Translations under genes and position numbers: made by a program
Shown here: in pieces, positions 1 to 11,823 of the stretch
Layout: every line of letters begins with the position of its first letter
Numbering within the stretch: position 1 is the stretch's first letter
From: Felis catus
Taxonomy: Eukaryota
Assembly: GCF_018350175.1 (NCBI RefSeq)
Contig: NC_058368.1
Span: 61,816,001 to 61,880,000 of the forward strand
Direction: 5' to 3'
DNA: 64,000 nt
Notes under the pieces: generated by a model
Database searches by the model: none
Seen by the model: the letters and a program-made list of their open reading frames with translations, nothing else
What the model was told of the DNA's origin: nothing

Positions 1-945
1 TCCCCTTAGTATCCTCTCTCTTTTAGATCCAGCTGCTGCAGATAAAGTGGAATATATTAGCTTGCTCTTTGTGTCAAGTTTACCATGGCAACTCACCCTC
101 ACAAAGCACTTTGCATATCTGGCTTTGTCAGTGACCCTTTGAGAGAATGTGTCACACTAAAAAAATACATTAGCCAGCTCATTGGCTCCAAACCCAAAGC
201 TGTGTCTCCAATCTGCTTGGTCAGTATTAAAGGATGTCTTCTCTTTCCATGTATTTGCTTCCCGTGCTTTTTTTTTTTTTTTTTCTGAAGTTAGTGGTGA
301 ATGACAGAGAGAATATAAGGGGTGCTATATTGGCCATTCAGAACTGTGTACAAAGCAAGGAGAATAAAAAAAAATGCAGAGGTATAATAGCCTTGGAATT
401 CAAATAGAATATAATAAGGAAGGTTACCATCGAGTAGGGGATTAAAACATGAGTCTATTTTCACCAGACAAAAAAAAAAAAAAAGCAAGTGGGGAGTAAT
501 GAACAAAAGGTAGAAGCAACAATGAAATAATCTTCCATGTTCTGAGAACCAAAGTCAATTTACTTATGGCAGAAGTCTGGATTTCAAGATAATGAGAAAA
601 GCAATTTAATGGGAAAGGCAGACAATGCGCAATGACATCTGATACTTGGAAACACTGATGTTATTATTATATTATAAACCTTATAGCAAATATCAAATGT
701 GTTATAAAGACAGGTATTAAAAGCTTCTGGACCCTTTAGTCAAGTGCTAGCCTTGAGGCATTGTTGAATAAGATTTTTTTCTCCATGTTTTCCACCCTTT
801 TATTGCAGTAAATGGATTTCATTTCATTCATCAAAAATACCTTGTTAATAAATACAAGGGAACAAGGGACAAGGATTGAAGTCCACTGGTGTAGGAAGTA
901 AAAGCATAGTTTTGAGTTTATTTGTTAAATGCTTATTTTACTTTT

Positions 946-1140
946 GATTTTTTAACATTTATTTATTTTAAGAGAGAGAGATTGAGCAGGAGAGAGGCAG
1001 AGAGAGAGGCAGAAGAGAGAATTCCAAGCAGGCCCTGCACTGTCAGCGTGGAGCCTGATGCAGGGCTCCAGCTCCCGAACTGCGAGATCATGGCCTGAGC
1101 TGAAACCAAGAGTCGGATTCTAAACCGTCTGAGCCCCTGG
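946..1140 (-). mobile_element. Can-SINE (SINEC), apparently inserted into the A-tail of the neighbouring SINE
   Basis: Reverse-strand SINEC body (GAGATCATGGCCTGAGCTGAAACCAAGAGTCGG), AG-rich tract and T-rich tail; the first bases of the head are degraded. Confidence 0.85.
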
Positions 1141-1141
1141 T

Positions 1142-1311
1142 CATTTTATTTTTGAGGGGAGGATGGGCAAAGAGAGAGGGGGACAGAGGATCTGAAAGCA
1201 GACTCTGTGCTGACAGCAGCAAGCCCTGTGAGGGGCTCAATCCCAGTAATCATGGGATCATGACCTGACCCGAAGTCCGATACTCAACTGACTGAACCAC
1301 CCAGGCACCCC
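1142..1311 (-). mobile_element. Can-SINE (SINEC)
   Basis: Head ...CCACCCAGGCACCCC ends at 1311. Outer TSD TAAAAG(C/T)ATAGTTTT at 899-913 and 1312-1326 encloses both SINEs. Confidence 0.9.
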
Positions 1312-1526
1312 TAAAAGTATAGTTTTAAAAGAAGAAATGATGGTTGAAAAATCTATAAAGTCTCTGTCTTTTGTTGTTGTTTATTTGTTTTCCCTGTTAA
1401 ACATATTAAAAAATTAGTGGTACTAACCTAAGGAAGGTGTAAGTGAATTGGTACCCGTTGTTCTAGACAGGTAGATTAAGATGTTCTGAGAAAGAGGTTC
1501 ACAATTTTATTTAAAAGACAAAAGGT

Positions 1527-1692
1527 GGGGCGCCTGGGTGGCTCAGGTGGTTACACATCTGACTTCAGCTCAGGACATGATCTTGCATTTGTGGGTTCAA
1601 GTCCTGCATCCAGTTCTGTGCTGACAGCTCAGAGCCTGGAGCCTGCTTCAGATTCTGTGTCTCCTCCTCTCTCTGCCCCTTCCCTTCTCATG

Positions 1693-1723
<31 letters not shown>

Positions 1724-1756
1724 AAATAAACATTAAAAAATTTTAAAAAAATAAAT
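1527..1756 (+). mobile_element. Can-SINE (feliform SINEC)
   Basis: GGGGCGCCTGGGTGGCTCAG head, (CT)n, A-tail; TSD AAAA(G/A)ACAAAAGGT at 1513-1526 and 1757-1770. Confidence 0.95.
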
Positions 1757-2654
1757 AAAAAACAAAAGGTGAGACCAAATCATAAACCAAACCCTATTAT
1801 TTGCAGCTAATAAAAACATCACTTGTCTTTCCACAAAAAACTTAGGGAGTTTTCATAGAAAGGATCTGTGGGTGTTATGTGATCATGATTAGGGAGGAAT
1901 AGGGTCTATGGAAATAATAAGTTTGACAAAATTATTTTAAAACCTGATGAGTTAAGGGTATATAATTATTTTAAAATAAGTTTTCTAGTCAAGAAAAAGA
2001 TGTGAGATGCCAGAGTAGCTGAGCTAAAATGCCTCTTAATAAGCATCAATAAAACAAAATGAACAAGGACAGGCAAACAGCAGCAACAAAAGTTCAATTT
2101 CAAACTTCAAGCACTAAGACAAAAAATCAGAAATTAGATATCCCAGCATGATAAAACATAATCCCTAAAGGAAAACACATTTTTATGTCTATATTGGTAA
2201 ATATTAATGCTATGCTAATAAGCACTATTTTAGTTCACATACTGAATTTATTCTCAAAACAACTCAGAACAGAAATATTTTTCAAAATGAGTATTAAATT
2301 AAATATAAACACAAAAATTCATTTGTTTTTTTCTATTTATATTAAGAATCTATTTTTTTCTCCAGTGTTCTTGCATAATCTAAATAACAAAGAAATGTCT
2401 CATCTATTTTTAAAAACAAACAAAAAAATCTCTGAACATAATTTGCTAAATAAATAATAAACCTGTTGAGGGCGAGAGTCTCACAGAATATTAATATGAA
2501 CAGAGACATTTTGGAAAATGTCTCCATCTATTGAGAGCTCCTTATGCAAGACATGATATTAGTTTGGTCCTGGTAAGTTATTAACTAGCCATGTTTCCTT
2601 ACAGAGAGTTTTAAACAAAGTATGAAATATTCCTATTTCTTCAAGGTAGATTAC

Positions 2655-2842
2655 ATACTCTCCTGTGTGCAACCTAACTTCTCCTATATCAAAATTGATT
2701 TTTTAATGCTTGTCTGTTATTCCCACAATATTGAAAACCATATAGTTCAGAAACACATTCTTTGTTAGTGTTCTATTTTTAACACTCAACAAAGAACAAG
2801 AGACATAGCTGTTAGTCAAAAATTATTTTGTTTCATTAAATA
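2655..2842 (+). mobile_element. L2 3'-end remnant
   Basis: Degenerate resemblance to the L2 3' terminus (…catagctgttagtcaaaaattattttgtttcattaaat). Confidence 0.4.
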
Positions 2843-4780
2843 TGTGATTAATATGTATTTGATTTTCAACTTCAGATGCTTGAAATAAACTGGATTTTTT
2901 ATTGTATAATAATGTACACAAAAAATTTCATCAATGGCTTCCTTTCAAAAGGATAGTAATTGGTATATTTAATTTTGTTACAATTACATTATAAAATCAT
3001 GACTCATTATTATATGGACAATTAAAGACAATGAATAAATTATTCATAAAATTCAACAGAAGGATTAAAGGGATTTAAATATAATCAAGTAAAATACTCC
3101 TAAATAAATGATATATTTAAAAATAGTACTTTTGCCACCCAAAATTATATTACAGTAATTTTGACTTGGAAATCAATTTCTAACTTAACTGTATTTTATT
3201 TATAACACTTTTACTCATACATTAATTACTTATTTGCTATATATCACAAATTTCCATATTTATTTACAAAAATTACTCAATACAGTATAGTTAAAAATTA
3301 CATTACCCATTCAAATAAAACACATTCTTAGAGGAAAAAATATATGTGTATATTTAGGTTTGCTAATTTTAATAATAAATACTGTTACCCTAATTAAAAT
3401 TTAAAAAATTTAAGAGTGCGTAGTACAAACTCTAGAGCTAACACTGAAAACAATGCAAAGAGGTACAACTAACAGCTAATCGAAAAATTAAAAAGACTTA
3501 AAAATATTTTCAAATAATCCATGTTGATATAGGAAAAAATACATAAGAATGAAAACTGGAGGGGATAAACAGAAACAAAATAATAAAAACATAGTAATAA
3601 AAGCATACCTTAATCCAAATATAGGGATGATTACATAAATATTACTGGACTCTACAAGTGAATTAATAGATATTATCAGAATGATTCAAAACAGTGAGAT
3701 CCAGTTCTGTGCTGTCTGTCGAGATGCCCGTCAATGTTAGGACACAGACACTTGAAAAATATCTATGTAGACAAAGATATAACATGCAAACAATAATTAT
3801 TAGAAGCCTGGGTTTGGATATTAATATCAAACATAGGGCATTATCAGAAATGATTGAGGACATTTCATAATAATAAAAAAGTGAATTATTTAAAAACACA
3901 AAATAACCATAAATTAGTATCCTCCTATTAATAGTGTTTCAAAATATATGTAGCAAAATTGACTAATACCATTCACTCTAGAAGTAATAGAAAAAATGAC
4001 CAAAAAAAGGAAAAAGAGGGATGATTTGAACAATAAATGGAAATACTTTGAATTAAACTATAACTGAAATGTAGTATATAATTATGGGATGCAGCAAAAA
4101 CAGTGCTTAGAAGGAAATACATATCTTTAAATACTTACTTTAGAAATAAAGAAATGTCTAAATTTTAATGATTTTAGCTTTCACTTAATAAATGTAAAAT
4201 GAAACAGTAAACTAGAACCAATATAAATAAAAATAAAAAATAAGAGATAAAATCCATGGAATAAAAAAAAAAACAGATAAACCACAGAGAAATCAATAAA
4301 GCCAAAACTTACTTTTTAAAATAATTAACAAAATTGACATATAAAAAAGAAATAGAGAACAGCAAAAATTATCAATATCAGGAATGAAAAAAAAGAGCCA
4401 TCTCTAGAGATCCTATAGAAGTAGAAAGAGTGACAGAGTTTTATGGATAAAGTTATGCCAGCAAGCTTGACAAATGAGATGAAATGGACAAGGTAATTTA
4501 TTGAAACTACTGATGCAAGAAAAAAACAATTCATATACAGTCATGTGTGTATACATACACATATACACACAGATTTAATTTTAAAGATGCATTTTCAAAA
4601 AGGAATCTCCAGAACTAGGTGCCTTTCTTCATAAATTCTGTCAGAAATTTATAGAGCAATTATCTTCATTCTTATACAAAATCTTTCAGGAAATAGAATA
4701 ACTTTTTGACATGTTTTAATAGTCCACCATAATTATAACAAAATCTGATAAAAACATGACAAAAATTAAAAATACAGAGC

Positions 4781-4992
4781 GGGGCGCCTGGGTGGCTCAG
4801 TCGGTTGGGCGTCCGACTTCGGCTCAGGTCATGATCTCACAGTCCGTGAGTTTGAGCCCCGCGTCGGGCTCTGTGCTGACAGCTCAGGGCCTGGAGCCTG
4901 CTTCGGATTCTGTTTCTCTCTCTCGCCATCCCCTGCTCATGCTCTGTCTCTCTCTGTCTCAAAAATAAATAAAAACAATAAAATTTTTTTTA
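4781..4992 (+). mobile_element. Can-SINE (feliform SINEC)
   Basis: Full head, body and tail; perfect 13-bp TSD AAAAATACAGAGC at 4768-4780 and 4993-5005. Confidence 0.97.
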
Positions 4993-5651
4993 AAAAATAC
5001 AGAGCAATATCTAACATGAGCATAGATGCAAAACTACTGAACAGAATATTCACAAATCAATCCCAGAAATATATAGTCATATGTTGCAACATAGTAATTT
5101 TTTATAGAAATTCAAGATAAATGTCACATTCAAAATTCAGAGTATTTCACATATTAACAAAATAAAAGCTAGCTTATAAATCGTTTTGACAGATGCAGAA
5201 AAATCATTTGAAAAATTAATATCCATTCGTGATAAGAAAATGTCAGCAAACTGTGAATAGAAGCCTTTCTTCATCTAACATCAAATATCTATGAGAAATC
5301 AATAGCACATACTAAGCTATGAATGGTTCATTTCTTTCCCCCTGGAATGAGGCATAAGGTAGGGGGCTGATACTTACTACTTATATGCAATACTGTGCTA
5401 GAGTTTACATTCTAGAGAAAAAGATTAAAGTGCATAAAAATTAAGGAGGAAGTGAATCTCTCTCTATATTTGCAAATGACATGATTATTTCCAGAGAAAA
5501 CATTTAAAAATCTGTAAAACAGCCACTGGAAATAATAAGTGAACTTAACAAAGTAATGGACTATAAACTTTATATACAATGTGAAATTTCATATTTCCAT
5601 AATATTTGCATACTAGCAGACAACAATTAGAAAATAAAAATAATTTACCAT

Positions 5652-6230
5652 TGATGACAGCAGGCAGGGTCCAAGGACCCAGGGGCTTCCCACAAGACCA
5701 GCCAAGAGGGTCTTTGCCCTCACAGAGGATGGAAATCAAACATGAGCTAGCAGGAGGGAAAAGCAACATTTACTGAAGATATAGAGAAAGCAGATACAGT
5801 CCAGGAGCCTCAGAAAAGAAAGGAAGGAGTCTCATCTTTGTTAAGGGTCTGGGGTTTTTTAATGGGGGTGGGGTTCTGGTGTACCTGTCCTCTCAGACAT
5901 CCAGGAACTGAATAGAATCGAGTAGAACAAAGACAAAGGACCAGGTGTTTTCTTTGGAGACAGCATTGAGATTTCTGGCCTTGGAGGTCTGGAATGTACA
6001 TATGATAGCTTAGCCAGGTCATTCTCACCTGGTCCTTCCTTGGATATTATTTATTCTCAAGAATCATTAACTCCTTGTCCCTTACAAGGAGGACATATGC
6101 TATTTGCCTTACAAGGCATTGTGTAGAGTGAGATGTGGGTGCAGGTGTTAGCAAGAATAGAAGCTTGAGAAGAAGTAAAGGAATAAAACAGGTTTTCCTT
6201 TCATGAGGTCCCTTCGATTTCCCTGTCTAA
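5652..6230 (-). mobile_element. ERV1-class solo LTR (~580 bp)
   Basis: GC-richer block inside the L1, starting TG. 4-bp flanks CCAT/CTAT (TSD with 1 mismatch). Minus strand has TATA-like ATTAAAAAACCCC followed by poly(A)-like AGTAAA. Confidence 0.75.
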
Positions 6231-6297
6231 CTATGGTAGGGAAATAAAAATAACTTGCTACTGTAAGTTACCGAATACTATCTTAAAAACTCTTAGA

Positions 6298-6504
6298 GGG
6301 GTGCCTGGGTGGCTCAGTCATTTAAGCGTCTGACTTCGGCTCAGGTCACCATCTCACAGCTTGTGAGTTCAGCCCCGCATGGGGCTCTGTGCTGACCTCC
6401 AAGCCTGGAGCTTGCTTCTGATTCTGTGTCTCCCTCTCTCTCTCTGCCCCTACCCTGCTCACACTCTGTCTCTCTCTCTCAAAAAATATATAAACATTAA
6501 TAAA
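6298..6504 (+). mobile_element. Can-SINE (feliform SINEC)
   Basis: Head GGGGTGCCTGGGTGGCTCAG; TSD ending CTCTTAGA at 6285-6297 and 6505-6517. Confidence 0.95.
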
Positions 6505-8484
6505 AAAGGCTCTTAGAATTAAATTTAACAAATATGACCAAGGTCTCTACATTGAAAATTACAACGTGTTGACAAAAGGAATCAAAGGCATTCTTAAAAA
6601 CGGAGACATACACCACAATTAAGATGTTAATCTCACTGAAGTGATCTAATGGCTCAATGCAAGCCCAATCAGTCCCCCAACAGAAGTTTTTGGAAATGCA
6701 AAGTATCAGGAATGTCTAAAGAAATCTAAAAATACAGAACAGAGTTGGAAGACTTTCAGTATATGATTTCAAGATTTAACACAAAGCCACGTTATTCAAG
6801 ATAGGATAGCTATAAAATAATTATTAAACTATTTTTATTTACTGCCCACTATAATTTTATCAATATTTCCATGTTTTCAGAAGTGTAGCAACTTTATATA
6901 TTTTAATGCTATCATTTATGCTGCAAAATGGAACTAAATATACAGCGCTATTTCTTCTCCTGTTTGTGCTAACATATTGTAAAATTCACCTACCAACTCC
7001 CCTTCTCCTGATATAGCTTTTCTTTTCCCTCTTTCTCTCAAGAAACTCTGTAAGACTTTTTTGGTGTTTTTTGTTTGTTTGTTTGTTTTCTGTTTATGTT
7101 TTGGGTTGATAAGGACAGTAGTTCTTGGAAGGAGACAATAGGAACATTGCATTCATTTGTCAATATACACAAAACTAACTTCACTGTTTACTCCATCATT
7201 TTTTGGTAATAATTTGGGAAGTAATCTATTGAAAAACTAGTATGCACAGCTTTCTACGTTGAAATGTATTCATGAAAATATATTTTACTTATTATTTAAA
7301 ATAAAGCCTTCTTTCCTATGCAAGAAAAAATTCCCTTCACTATATGTCCAATAATTGGGCAGTATATTGTAGATGAGTTCATATTGAATTCTTCATGACC
7401 ACTTTTCTCCTTTGACCTTATTTAAACAGTATCATTATTTTAATTTTCTCTGATTGCATCAAGGTTAAGTCCTTCACTTACATATTTTGACCGCTAATAT
7501 GAACTTGCTAATACTTCAATTCTGTGCAAATTATGAATGGTCTAATTAAGACTGAAATTCTTTAAGATATTCAGAATAAAATGTATTGATTGACTTTTTG
7601 ACTTGTACTCCAGAAAATGGTGAAGAATCCAATAATGATTAGTAAACAGGAATTACTCCTATTATCTGTTGAAGGATTTCCTTAAAACACAAGATAATAC
7701 AGAAAAAATGGAGGAGGCAACTTGTCCTGTTATAATAGTTCAGCCACTATTAATATTCATGAAAACAATCTGCTTATGCAGGAAGTGAGTACACCACAGA
7801 GATCAGTCTGTTATGGTTTTGAGGATTACTTTTATATTTCCAATTGCCAAAATACTAAAATTTGTAATGTGAATCAGGAAATTAAGCGCTTACTGCCTAA
7901 ACTCCATACTGAAATTTGCAAATATTTTCTCCCTTGTTACTGTATTTTTGTTCATTTAACAAGTTTTTAACAGGTTAGAATGGAATATTATGTTGAACAG
8001 ATTAAAATCACAATGAAAACCTTTTATTTAATCATGCTGAAAGACAGGATAGGGGATGCAGTCAAGAGAAATATTAGAAGTCACAACTATAATTATTATA
8101 AAAAGCTTAATACAATTTATTCCTAAAACAAGCTGCCTGTATTTTGATGTATGATTATATGCAAAATCTTTATGAGTCTATTAGGATAATCTATGAGGTA
8201 TATACATATTAAGATTTCAATGATTAACAGAATTAGATATTCTCCCACTCCTGTTCAGTAATATATATTTTTGTCTTTAATTTCCATATAGATTTTATAG
8301 GATAAGAACTGCTACTTTGATAAAGACCCTTTCATTTATATTTATTCCCTTACTTTAAATTCACAAGATTCAACTTAATAACTGTTTCAAATTAGGGTAT
8401 TCTAACATTATTCATAATTTGGAATTATACATGCCTAATTAGTGCATTGACTGGGCGTTGTAACCACAAAACTTGAATGAGAGA

Positions 8485-8660
8485 CTCTCAAGCCAGACTT
8501 CATAGGTTTTAATTCTCTCTCTGGCACTCACTGGTTCTGTGGACTTACTTGGGTAATCTGTATAACCACCTGACTCATTTTATACCTTGTTCCAATACAG
8601 ATAATAATAGCATCTTATCCACAGACTTTTTATGTTGATTACATAGTATAAACCCCACCC
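8485..8660 (+). mobile_element. MIR remnant
   Basis: agccagact…ggcactcactggttctgtggac…ataataatagcatcttat resembles the MIR core. Confidence 0.55.
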
Positions 8661-8755
8661 AGCATTTCATAAGTGGCAGCAAAATCATTTTCCTCATTTT
8701 TTTAGATTTTCTTTTATTTAGCATCAAGTATGTTCTGAGTATATTCTTCTTACTA

Positions 8756-8884
8756 TTTTTTAATGTTTATTTATTTATTTTTTTTTGAGAGAGAGAAATA
8801 GAGAGAGAGAGCGTGAGCAAGGAGAGAGGCAGAGAAAGAGAGGAGAGAGAATACCAAGCAGGCTCCACACTGTCAGCTCAGAGC
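8756..8884 (-). mobile_element. Can-SINE 3' half (head missing)
   Basis: T-tail, (AG)n and CCAAGCAGGCTCCACACTGTCAGCTCAGAGC, then an abrupt switch to L1 sequence. Confidence 0.9.
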
Positions 8885-9014
8885 TGCTATAAACATGGGG
8901 GTACATGTGCCCCCTATGAACGGCACTCCTGTATCCTTTGGATAAATTCCTAGTAGTGCTACTGCTGGGTCGTAGGGTGGTTCTATTTTTAATATTTTGA
9001 GGAACCTCCACACT
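8883..9014 (-). mobile_element. ~130-bp internal fragment of carnivore L1 ORF2 3' region
   Basis: Aligns by eye to 15358-15488 of the L1 in this window (gctgctataaacat…gaggaacctc). No poly(A) or TSD of its own. Confidence 0.9.
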
Positions 9015-9842
9015 TTCTCTCTCAAAATAAAGAAATAAAAACCTAGAAAAATAATAAATCAACTTTAAAACAACAATAACAACAAACATATTTGTCTACA
9101 GTAACCAGGCACATGGATGAAGAGTGTGGGAGGTAATAGGAAGTGTTGAGACTGTTTCAGAATGAACATACATCTTCCTTAAAGCAGGGAGGTATTAGTT
9201 CCTAGTGATTCCTGTTATGTTAAAATGCTAACCCAATGTTGTCAAAACTTATTTTTTACAAGAAGCCAGTGATCTGTACTTGTACTTAAAATTCACAATT
9301 GTTTAAAGTTAGGAAAAATTAAAATAATTTAAGACACTCAATAAGCCAGCATCATATGAGACAATAAAAAATGTGTGATGGCTATGTGTTTGCTACCTTG
9401 AATTGGCATTACTAACACAATTTCACAAAGGAGCAAGAGAAAACTTGCAACTTGCATAAGGTCATGGAGCATATAAATGACTGAGCTAGTATTTTAAAGT
9501 ATCATCTGATTCCACATGCTCTTTTTACAGTTTCATGGCCTTATATATTAGGGTATGATCTCCAGGCCAAAGTGGAGAATTCATATCCACTTGGCTACAT
9601 TCTCACCTTTATTACATCTCCTAAGATGCCTCTGTAAAACAAACAAACAAACAAACAAACAAAGCAAACAGACAAAAAAAACCCTTAAAATCAGTTTCAA
9701 AACATTAATATTTTTCTTACATTTTTATTTCGATACTATCGGGTACTACTCACCATTATTAAATGCAGATTCTTTGTTGAATGCTTAGAAGAATCTGCCT
9801 TAGTGCATACCTTTCTACACAGGTACGACACTTACTTGTATG

Positions 9843-9935
9843 CAGGACCAGCTAAGTAATTTTTAGGGCCCAGTGCAAAATGAAAACATGGGGTTCCTTG
9901 TGCACACAGGGAGTGTCTATGACATGCATGCCATG
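9843..9935 (+). mobile_element. MER45-like hAT-Tip100 DNA transposon fragment
   Basis: CAGGACCAGCTAAGTAATTTTTAGGGCCCAGTGCAAAATGAAAACATGGGG matches the recalled MER45 terminus. Confidence 0.65.
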
Positions 9936-10024
9936 AGATGTCTTCTACTAATTGATCAAGTACCACATTATCCACAGATTGGGTTCAGGGCTCTCTGAAC
10001 TTAGGTTAAAAATTGTTTTGGCTA

Positions 10025-10755
10025 TACTGAGATACCACCTCACACCATTCAGAGTGGCTAAATTGAACAAATCAGGAGACTATCGATGCTGGAGAGGATG
10101 TGGAGAAACGGGAACCCTCTTGCACTGTTGGTGGGAATGCAAATTGGTGCAGCCACTCTGGTAACCAGTGTGGAGGTTCATCAAAAAATTAAAAGTAGAA
10201 CTACCCTATGACCCAACAATAGCACTGCTAGGAATTTACCCAAGGGATATAGGAGTACTAATGCATAGGGGCACATGTAACCCAATGTTTATAGTGGCAC
10301 TTTCAGCAATAGCCAAATCATGGAGAGAGCCTAAATGTCCATTGAGTGATGAATGGATAAAGAAGATGTGGTTTATATATACAATGGAATACTACTTGGC
10401 AGTGAGAAAGAATGAAGTCATTCCATTTGCAGCAATGTGGATGCAACTGGAAGGTATTATGCTGAGTGAAATAAGTCAGTCAGAGAAGGACAGATATAAT
10501 ATGTTTTCACTCATATGTGGATCTTGAGAAACTGAACAGAAGAGTATGGGGAAGGGAAGGGAGAAAAATAGTTACAAACAGAGAGGGAGGGGGGCAAACC
10601 GTAAGAGACTCTTAAATACAGAGAACAAACTGAGGGTTGATGGGGGCTGGGGGAGAGGGGAAAATGGGTGATGGGCATTGAAGAGGGCACTTGTTGGGAT
10701 GAGCACTGGGTGTTGTACGTAAGCCAATTTGACAATCAATTAAATTAAAAAATAA
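10025..10755 (+). mobile_element. 5'-truncated carnivore/feline L1 (ORF2 C-terminus, 3'UTR, A-tail)
   Basis: ORFs 9952-10164 and 10168-10527 give L1 ORF2 C-terminal motifs (RYHLTP…CWRGCGE…[27 protein letters not shown]). G-rich 3'UTR. Degenerate TSD at ~10008-10024 and ~10755-10771. Confidence 0.95.
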
Positions 10756-10802
10756 AAAAATATTTTAGCTAAAAAATAAAATAAATTTCTGGTTGGTTAT
10801 TA

Positions 10803-11115
10803 ATTTTTTTCAGTTTTGTTGATATGTGACTGGCATAGAGCATTATGTAATATTGTGTACATGTGATATATGTATATATTGCAAAATGATTACCACAGTA
10901 AAGTTGGTTAACACAGCCATCACCTTGCATTAGTTACCATTTATTTTTCTTTCTGGCAAGAACTTTAAGATCCACTCTATTGTGAGGTTTTAAGTATAAA
11001 ATACACTATTGCTAACTATAGTCACCATACTGTACATTAGATTCCCCAGAACTTGTTCATCTTATAACTGGAAGTTTGTAACCTTTGACCATTTTCACCC
11101 ACTTTCCACACCTCC
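10803..11115 (-). mobile_element. Older L1 3'UTR fragment (L1MA-like/L1_Carn)
   Basis: ctatagtcaccatactgtacattagattccccagaacttgttcatcttataactggaagtttgta is the typical L1MA9-like 3'UTR in reverse. Confidence 0.85.
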
Positions 11116-11616
11116 TCATACACACCCCCTTAAAGTTTGCATCAAAGCAAGTGCCTTATACCTGCTCCACTTATTGTGACTCTGGTTTAAATATATTGAC
11201 CTAAGCAATTTAAGCATGAGACTCATATGCATAACAAACTGTAATCAAAGTGTCCACAGGTCTCTCAGTAGCTTTGACTAGCTAGATAACTTAACCACTG
11301 TCATTATTGTCTTTTATTATTTCAGACATTTTAAATAATGACACAAATAATGAATGATTAATTATGAGATTCATAAGATTGGTTCAACATGTACAACTGA
11401 TGGATAAAAAGGCATATATAAGTATATGTGTACATTGCATTATAAATTAATTAAAATTTTTGGATTTAATCTATTAACATATGATGAAAAAACTAGTATT
11501 ATTTATCAAAATATATGTTTTTACTATGAATAACAAAACACTGCCCTTCCATTAGTTATCAGAATTTATTTGTATGTTCCAATAGTTAAATAAGGTTTAA
11601 AAAATTACTATCCTTT

Positions 11617-11823
11617 GTTTAATATTAATTAATTACTTTTCAGAAAAAGAGAACGTGCACACATGCAAAAAGGAAAGGGACAGAGTGAGAGGGAGACAGA
11701 GGATCCAAAACAGGCTCTGAGATGACAGAGCAGACCCATATGTGGGGCTTGAGCTCACAAACCATGAGATCATGACCTGAGCCACAGTCAGACACTTAAC
11801 CAACTGAGCCACCCAGGCGCTCC
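11617..11823 (-). mobile_element. Can-SINE
   Basis: Head ...GAGCCACCCAGGCGCTCC; TSD TACTATC(C/T)TT on both sides. Confidence 0.92.

Larger units (their letters stand above)
3380..6810 (+). mobile_element. Ancient L1 (L1M-type) ORF2 remnant, interrupted by two SINEs and an LTR
   Basis: A-rich strand with decayed ORF2 landmarks: gggatgcagcaaaaacagtgcttagaaggaaat, gatgcagaaaaatcatttgaaaaaatt, tttgcaaatgacatgatt (RT FADD region). No open frame. Confidence 0.85.

Noticed and set aside
4781..4860. tRNA-like A/B-box sequence at SINE heads
   Set aside because: Part of tRNA-derived SINEs followed by a CT tract, A-tail and TSD; not tRNA genes.
9952..10527. ORFs with strong protein-like motifs (also 15089-16149)
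   Set aside because: C-terminal L1 ORF2 fragments of 5'-truncated, interrupted elements; not host genes and not transposition-competent.
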